A stretch of DNA of 32,000 bases from Promethearchaeota archaeon (GTDB lineage: Archaea > Asgardarchaeota > Hermodarchaeia > Hermodarchaeales > Hermodarchaeaceae): positions 76,097 through 108,096 of the forward strand of contig JBHLMI010000005.1 in NCBI GenBank assembly GCA_048938295.1. The letters are read 5' to 3'. The notes under the pieces were generated by a model. The model did no database searches, was not told the DNA's origin, and saw only the letters and a list, made by a program, of their open reading frames with translations. Of this stretch, positions 26,257 to 32,000 are shown piece by piece (position 1 is the first letter of the stretch; each line of letters starts with the position of its first letter). The translations under genes and the position numbers were made by a program.

Positions 26257-27066
26257 TTATGCTAATCTCCACAATTGGGTCCGGTCCTCATTTGACAATT
26301 TGAGTCGAAGCCGTTGCGGAGAATTGGAATGAATTCTTTTTGCAACCTCTGCGACGCGTGATCCCAGGGATTTTGCCATCATGGTCGCCATTGGATCTTC
26401 TTTTATAATGTCTTTACTTTTTGCAAAGGCATACGCCTCTATTATCGATTCCATATCGAGCATTTTCTTCAATGTGTCGGTTGTAGTCATCCAGCCTGCG
26501 CCTCCATAATAGCATCCTGGGACTGGGAAGCCATAAACACTAATATCATGCGATCCTGTTCCTACTATGATCATATCGTGAATTAGAAAGAAATTATGTA
26601 TGGCTCTAATTGTTGTTTCCACACCACCATGTCTATTCCCAGCAGCTACAATAGCTCCGCCCACACAGTTCTGAAGTCCAGCCGTCCATGGTGTGTAGGT
26701 ATACCGCATCATCGGTTCGGTTCTATCAAAGAATGTCTTCATATGCCCTGAAACGTTTCCAAAATATACAGGGCTTCCTATAATTAAGCCATCAGCTTCA
26801 TATAATTTCTTTAAAAGCGTGTCTCCATCATCTCTAATATTTACCTGACAGAGATTTTCAGGGTGCTTGAGTAGTTCGATGGGGTCAAAGCATTTAAAGC
26901 ATCCACGACACGATTTGAGTTTGTATTGGTATAGGTTTATTTTCTCAATATTCACTCCACCAGTGTTCTTCGCTGCTTCAAGGGCTTCATCTAACAAGAT
27001 TTCCGTACTATGTTTAGGTCTGGGACTCCCATTTACCCCTACAATCTTAATATCCACCTTTGCCAC
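26257..27066 (-). CDS. Iron-sulfur flavoprotein / NADPH-dependent FMN reductase family
   Basis: GVNGSPR...ST, CRGCFKC...C, GSPVYFGNVSG.MK.FFDR and AGNRHGGVETTI. Confidence 0.88.
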   Translation of the reverse strand: MAKVDIKIVGVNGSPRPKHSTEILLDEALEAAKNTGGVNIEKINLYQYKLKSCRGCFKCFDPIELLKHPENLCQVNIRDDGDTLLKKLYEADGLIIGSPVYFGNVSGHMKTFFDRTEPMMRYTYTPWTAGLQNCVGGAIVAAGNRHGGVETTIRAIHNFFLIHDMIIVGTGSHDISVYGFPVPGCYYGGAGWMTTTDTLKKMLDMESIIEAYAFAKSKDIIKEDPMATMMAKSLGSRVAEVAKRIHSNSPQRLRLKLSNEDRTQLWRLA

Positions 27067-27143
27067 CTCTATTGTTAATACTCATTTGTTACCTGATTTT
27101 CTTGGATTCAAATCCCTTCTCGGCTCTTTACCCTTTGTTCAGT

Positions 27144-27998
27144 CTATTTTTTCTTATGCTTTGCCAACCAATACTTCGCAAGTTCTTTTCCTGTAGCAAA
27201 CCAAACACCGGGACGCTGTACCATGTGTTGAATCCACTTTTCATAGGCTCTAGCTCGGCTGGGACGACCAGTAATTAATGGGTGGACAACTGCACAATAG
27301 CAGAGTCCTTCATCATAATAGGCATCGAATTCTTCAGTCACAACTTCTAGCCAAGGCGACGTGGGTTCAATATTTGAGCCCGAAAACAGAAGCATGGTTT
27401 GTTCACTCATAATATAGTAGCGTGGAAAATCGTCACAGCCCCAGTACACGGGGATTTCAACCAGCCCTGTGTCCTTTCCGTCCTTTTTGTGGATGTAGGG
27501 TAAGGTCGCATTCATGTAGTTGCTTGAGTACAGATATTTCAAGTCAAGAAGTATCTTCTTTGTGTGGGGTGTGAACTCCCACGCTGGCGATCTATATCCT
27601 ACTGGCTTTTCACCTATTAGATCTTTAAATACTGCTTGGCTTTTTGTGTGGATTTCCTTTTCTTCTTCTTCTTCGAATTCCATATAGTGGAGTAACTCAT
27701 GAGTGTATCCATGGTTTCCAATTTCATGCCCCTCTGAATAAATGTCGCGAACCATGTCGGGGTGTCTCTCTGCAACCCATCCGGGTATGAAAAACGTTGC
27801 TTTCAAATCATATTTCTTGTATATTTTCAAAAGCCGCTTATACCCTTCATTAGGGCCGAATTCGCCAATAGACCACATTATGGGTCGTGCAGTCGGGTCT
27901 TCTTGGGTAATTATGAAAGATGAACTCTCTGCATCAACATCCACAGTAGGAACAACACAGCACTTAAATCCATCAGGCCATACACTTTCGTTTGACAT
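27144..27998 (-). CDS. CE4 polysaccharide deacetylase family, HpPgdA/PuuE-like
   Basis: TVDVD, ATFFIPG, GHEIGNHGYTHE, GYRSP.W, DDFP and HPLITGRPSR. GAGGTGA RBS 6 nt before ATG 27998. Confidence 0.88.
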   Translation of the reverse strand: MSNESVWPDGFKCCVVPTVDVDAESSSFIITQEDPTARPIMWSIGEFGPNEGYKRLLKIYKKYDLKATFFIPGWVAERHPDMVRDIYSEGHEIGNHGYTHELLHYMEFEEEEEKEIHTKSQAVFKDLIGEKPVGYRSPAWEFTPHTKKILLDLKYLYSSNYMNATLPYIHKKDGKDTGLVEIPVYWGCDDFPRYYIMSEQTMLLFSGSNIEPTSPWLEVVTEEFDAYYDEGLCYCAVVHPLITGRPSRARAYEKWIQHMVQRPGVWFATGKELAKYWLAKHKKK

Positions 27999-28041
27999 CA
28001 ACGATCACCTCATTGCTCAGTCTTTTTTCGATCTTACAGTT

Positions 28042-28404
28042 CTAAATTTCCTTGTATGCTTTTATCCAGACATCCATTATGGGACCAATTTTCATGGCGG
28101 CAGACAATGGGCCATGTGTTTTCATTTTTCTACGTAGCATTGCAGCCATAGCACCCATTTTGCCAGATAGTATTTTTTCCCATGTTTCAGAGTCGGTTTC
28201 TACTCGCAGAAAGGGTTTTTTCGCTTCTCCTTCGTGAAATGTTACTTTCCCTCCAGTCGTATCGAAATACCACTTAGCGCCAATGTCTTTCATTGTAAAC
28301 TCGATGATTTGCTCAAAACCTTTAATCGCCTTTACGACTTCAGGTTGTTCGCCTGTTCCACCTATGACTTTTCTCATTAACTCAATATGCTCTTCAACTG
28401 ACAT
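28042..28404 (-). CDS. SCP2 sterol/lipid-binding domain protein
   Basis: W..D.TGG....HEG......L......ETW.KILSGKM..MAAM..RKMK..G.LSAAMKI. ATG 28404 (GTG 28413 is an alternative). Confidence 0.8.
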   Translation of the reverse strand: MSVEEHIELMRKVIGGTGEQPEVVKAIKGFEQIIEFTMKDIGAKWYFDTTGGKVTFHEGEAKKPFLRVETDSETWEKILSGKMGAMAAMLRRKMKTHGPLSAAMKIGPIMDVWIKAYKEI

Positions 28405-28436
28405 AGAAACCACTTTTTGGTGTTATTATAGTATCA

Positions 28437-28446
28437 TTTATAAAAA
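28437..28446 (-). promoter_or_regulatory. TATA box for the SCP2-CE4-flavoprotein-BPLN-M20 operon
   Basis: TTTTTATAAA on the minus strand, 33-42 nt upstream of ATG 28404. Confidence 0.55.
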
Positions 28447-28562
28447 TCTAACGCTATAGCCGAAGATTTTCCATAATGTTAATTATTAATCTAAAAAATA
28501 TACAGAAATTAATGTTTATTTTTAAACGATTAATATCCCGCCTTAATTTTATTAATTGAGAC

Positions 28563-29027
28563 CTAGTCTTCGAGTTCAACTGAGCTTCTTATATCCTCTT
28601 TAAGCACCTTAGCAACGACAAGTGTATTAGTTCTTTCAATTTCGGGAATTTTCATAATTTCATCCAATTTTTGGAGATACTCATCCCTATTTTTCGATCG
28701 GGAGAGAATGAGTAAATCATTTTCACCAAATATAAAATAGACAGCCCATACGCCAGGAATATTTTCTATTTTTTTTCCAGCTTTTTCGTAATAATGTGGT
28801 CCATACTTTGCACGTGCCAAAGTAATTGTGAGGAAATTTTTTCCGAGTTTCTCATTATTGACTTTTGCATAGTATCCTTCAATAATCTTCTTTTCTTCAA
28901 GACGCTTAATTCGATAATGTATCGTTGACTTAGGGACTCCTAAATCTTTGGCAATTTGTTCTAACGAAGTTCTGCAATCCTTTTGAAACGCGGTAAGAAT
29001 TCCTATATCTAAATTATCAAGTTGCAT
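28563..29027 (-). CDS. Lrp/AsnC family transcriptional regulator
   Basis: MQLDNLD..IL..FQ.DCR.S...IA..LG.P.STIHYRIKRLE...IIEGY. GAGGT RBS before ATG 29027. Confidence 0.93.
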   Translation of the reverse strand: MQLDNLDIGILTAFQKDCRTSLEQIAKDLGVPKSTIHYRIKRLEEKKIIEGYYAKVNNEKLGKNFLTITLARAKYGPHYYEKAGKKIENIPGVWAVYFIFGENDLLILSRSKNRDEYLQKLDEIMKIPEIERTNTLVVAKVLKEDIRSSVELED

Positions 29028-29221
29028 GCCGGGTTCAACCTCGAGGGATTTCCCTTGAGAAACATGTTTGTCGATCCTTATCACAACCCTCAGCAATATT
29101 TGATATTGCTATTTGAATTAAAGGTTTGGTACTAATTAAAAATTGTAATAAGATGATGCCCAAACACTCCTCATATTTGGTTAAAAGAAAAGGAACAAAA
29201 TAACAGCAACATATATACCTA

Positions 29222-29241
29222 TTTTAATTTTACGATTAAAA
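29222..29241. promoter_or_regulatory. Inverted repeat TTTTAAT-N6-ATTAAAA in the divergent Lrp/aminotransferase promoter region
   Basis: Perfect 7-bp arms at 29222-29228 and 29235-29241. The context is AT-rich, so a chance occurrence is possible. Confidence 0.3.
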
Positions 29242-29352
29242 ATTTGGAAAGAATTTAAGAAATATGAGATAAAGTTAAATGATTGTTATAGAAAGTAATC
29301 ATAATTCCCATGATTACCAACTATGCAAATGTATTATGATGGGGTTAAAAGA

Positions 29353-30651
29353 ATGGACAAGATTGTAGAGAGGGCTAAGAAATATCTGATAACGAGTATG
29401 GTCTCCAAATTTCAACCTATAGTTGTCTCTAGCGCAAGTGGAACAATTGTCAAAGATGTCCTTGGAAAAGAGTATATTGATTGCTTTGCAGGAATTTCTG
29501 TTGTAAATGCTGGTCATTGTCACCCCGAAGTCGTTAATGCTGCTATAGAACAAGCAAGGAGACTAGTACATGCCTGTTCCTACGTCTATTATGTTCCTCC
29601 AACTATAGACCTTGCTGAAAAACTAGCTCAGATCACACCTGTTCAGCTTCAAAAATCTTTTTTTGGTAACAGCGGCGCTGAAGCCATCGAATGCGCAATT
29701 AAGCTTGCACGAAAATATACTAAGAAATATGAGCTAATTGCCTTAATGTGCTCTTTTCACGGCAGAACAATCGGTACTCTAAGCGTTACGGGGCAGGCTG
29801 AGAGGAGGAGGTTTGATATGGGCCCATACCTTACAGGAGTCTCGTTTACATATCCACCATATTGTTATCGTTGCCCATTCGAAAAAGAGTATCCGGCTTG
29901 TGATTTAATTTGCGCAAGAACGATTAACCACGTTATCAACTACTGCACAGGTAAGGGAGTTGCGGCCTTCATCGCTGAGCCAATTATGGGTGAAGGAGGA
30001 ATTATAGTCCCACCACCTGAATACTTCAAAATTATTAAGGAAGTTTTAGATGATCACGACATATTATTCATCGCTGATGAAGTCCAAAGTGGATTTGGTA
30101 GAACGGGGAAGTTTTTCGCGATTGAACATTATGGCGTAGAACCACAATTGATGGCTCTGGCAAAAGGAATTGCAAACGGTTTTCCAATTAGTGCATGTAT
30201 TACACGCGCAGACATTGGCGACTCCTTTGAACCGGGGGATCATCTCTCTACATTTGGTGGGAACCCTGTCTCTGCTGCCGCAGCACTTGCTAACATCCAG
30301 ATACTATTGAGAGAGAAGTTATCAGAAAAAGCCGCTGAGAAAGGCGAGTATATAATGAAACGTTTGAATCAAATGAAAGAGGATTATAGTATCATCGGAG
30401 ATATCAGAGGTAGGGGGTTAATGATAGGGATAGAGCTTGTAAAAGATAGAGAAAAGAAAACTCCAGCAAAAAACGAGACTATGAAGGTAAGGGAGAGAGC
30501 ACGAAAAGAAGGACTACTAATTGGATCTGGTGGAGTTGAAGGATGTGTACTTCGAATTCAGCCACCACTAGTTATTGAAAAGAAACAGATCGATGAAATG
30601 CTAAGCATTCTGGAAATGGCGATAAAAGAAGTGCAATTGGATTTGAGGTGA
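29353..30651 (+). CDS. Class III PLP aminotransferase (GabT/omega-amino acid type)
   Basis: SGAEAIECAIKLA, FHGRT, EPIMGEGG, DEVQSGFGRTG, LAKG (PLP Lys) and STFGGNP. Start placed at ATG 29353. Confidence 0.93.
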   Translation: MDKIVERAKKYLITSMVSKFQPIVVSSASGTIVKDVLGKEYIDCFAGISVVNAGHCHPEVVNAAIEQARRLVHACSYVYYVPPTIDLAEKLAQITPVQLQKSFFGNSGAEAIECAIKLARKYTKKYELIALMCSFHGRTIGTLSVTGQAERRRFDMGPYLTGVSFTYPPYCYRCPFEKEYPACDLICARTINHVINYCTGKGVAAFIAEPIMGEGGIIVPPPEYFKIIKEVLDDHDILFIADEVQSGFGRTGKFFAIEHYGVEPQLMALAKGIANGFPISACITRADIGDSFEPGDHLSTFGGNPVSAAAALANIQILLREKLSEKAAEKGEYIMKRLNQMKEDYSIIGDIRGRGLMIGIELVKDREKKTPAKNETMKVRERARKEGLLIGSGGVEGCVLRIQPPLVIEKKQIDEMLSILEMAIKEVQLDLR

Positions 30652-30657
30652 GTAAGT

Positions 30658-32000
30658 ATGACTCATTTACCTGAACCCATAAAAGAGGTTATGAATCTAA
30701 AAAACTATGTTGATGGAACATGGATTGATTCTCAGGGAGAGACTAGAGATGTTATTAATCCAGCTACTTGTAAGGTCATAGCAAGGGTGCCAATCTCAAC
30801 AAGTGATGAGATAAATGCTGCTGTGACAGCAGCCAAAGACGCCTTTTGGGATTGGAGGTGTACTCCCCCAATTGCAAGAGCACGATGCCTATTCAGATTG
30901 AAAAATTTAATGGAAGAGCACTTCGAAGAATTAAGTAGGATTCAAACGATGGAGCATGGAAAAACCATAGATGAATCCCGAGGAGAAACAAGGCGAGGAA
31001 TTGAAAACGTTGAAGTAGCAACTGGAATTCCTTCATTGATGATGGGACAAAACCTAGAGGACATTGCATCAGGCATTGATGAATATGTAGTCAGACAGCC
31101 GATTGGGCTCTTCGGAATAATAGGTCCCTTTAACTTTCCATTTATGGTTCCACTCTGGTTTGCACCTTATGCTGTTGCTACTGGAAATTGTATAATTATT
31201 AAACCATCAAGTGAAGATCCAATAAGTCAGGTGAAAATAGCCGAGTTAGCAGAGGAAGCCGGTTTTCCACCCGGCGTCTGGAATATAGTGAATGGTGGAC
31301 GGACTGTTGTATCAGGTATGTTGGACCACCCTGATATTAAGGGAATATGCTTTGTGGGATCCACCCCTGTTGGACGAGACGTTATTTACAGACGATGCGG
31401 CGAAACAGGTAAACGGGTGATTTCCCAGACAGGTGCGAAAAACTTCATACTGATTATGCCAGATGCTGATCTACCTAAAACTATTGCATCTTGCATGACC
31501 TCCTTTTATGGTAACACTGGGCAACGATGTCTCTCTGGTGCTAATCTCATTATTGTCGGTGAGGGGGTTAGGGAACACGAATTCAATGCATTTTACAAAA
31601 AGGTTGTAGACCTGTTCGTTGATGCAGCACAAAGGATTAGGGTTGGCTATGGGCTAGATGAGTCTATACAAATGGGTCCCCTTCGTGATGAGAGCAAGAA
31701 GGAAAGTGTTGTGGGGTTCATCGAGAAAGGCGTTGATGAAGGGGCACGAATAAGACTTGATGGTCGAGACGTGAAGCTCAGCGGGGATTGGCCGCATACA
31801 TGCTTCCTTAATCCAACAGTTTTCGAAGAAGTAACTTCGGACATGACTATTGGACGTGAAGAAATCTTTGGTCCTGTTGCATGTATAATGAGAGCCACTA
31901 ACTTGGACGAGGCAATAGAAACTATCCACAATAATCCTTTCGGCAACGCTGCTTCAATATATACCCAAAGTGGAAAGGTGGGTCGAGAATTCCAGTATAG
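30658..32000 (+). CDS. mmsA: CoA-acylating (methyl)malonate-semialdehyde dehydrogenase, 3'-partial (absent from the ORF track)
   Basis: Translated by hand with no stop to the window end: RGIENVEVATGIPSLMMG, PFNFPFMVPLW, FVGSTPVG, QTGAKN (no catalytic Glu, as in MMSDH), GNTGQRC and EEIFGPV. GAGGTGA RBS overlaps the upstream stop codon. Confidence 0.9.
   Translation, partial: MTHLPEPIKEVMNLKNYVDGTWIDSQGETRDVINPATCKVIARVPISTSDEINAAVTAAKDAFWDWRCTPPIARARCLFRLKNLMEEHFEELSRIQTMEHGKTIDESRGETRRGIENVEVATGIPSLMMGQNLEDIASGIDEYVVRQPIGLFGIIGPFNFPFMVPLWFAPYAVATGNCIIIKPSSEDPISQVKIAELAEEAGFPPGVWNIVNGGRTVVSGMLDHPDIKGICFVGSTPVGRDVIYRRCGETGKRVISQTGAKNFILIMPDADLPKTIASCMTSFYGNTGQRCLSGANLIIVGEGVREHEFNAFYKKVVDLFVDAAQRIRVGYGLDESIQMGPLRDESKKESVVGFIEKGVDEGARIRLDGRDVKLSGDWPHTCFLNPTVFEEVTSDMTIGREEIFGPVACIMRATNLDEAIETIHNNPFGNAASIYTQSGKVGREFQY

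Noticed and set aside
28508-28534. Imperfect palindrome ATTAATGTTTA-TTTT-TAAACGATTAAT downstream of Lrp
   Set aside because: It lies in very AT-rich sequence where such symmetry is expected by chance, and operator cannot be told from terminator.

Overview
Archaeal genomic window, most likely from an Asgard-type archaeon. This is an inference from GGTGA-type ribosome-binding sites, TATA-like promoters, archaeal ligase/SSB/RNase HII/TFB-like genes, several longin-like domains, an Arf/Rab-like small GTPase and an IPGF-TM-basic C-terminal motif. Left part (1-11.7 kb): a divergent ALDH (partial), a class V aminotransferase, a 1792-aa protein in which TrmB N- and C-terminal domains are separated by about 1500 aa of helical sequence, DNA ligase, SSB, DedA and RNase HII. 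The most interesting element is a minus-strand cluster at 11746-15426 of three consecutive genes that each begin with a longin-like domain: (i) longin + Cys4 motif + TFB cyclin repeat, whose longin N-terminus lies upstream of the called ORF and appears to start at ATC; (ii) longin + small GTPase; (iii) longin/uDENN + probable winged helices + charged single-alpha-helix tail, resembling NPRL2/folliculin in layout. The middle (15.6-23.2 kb) holds accessory enzymes, two decayed genes and a stand-alone TFB cyclin repeat. The right end (23.2-32 kb) is a more AT-rich, Lrp-associated catabolic cluster ending in a class III aminotransferase and a partial (methyl)malonate-semialdehyde dehydrogenase. 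No rRNA, tRNA, CRISPR array, transposase or integrase was recognised. All domain calls are by eye from motifs; no database search was run.
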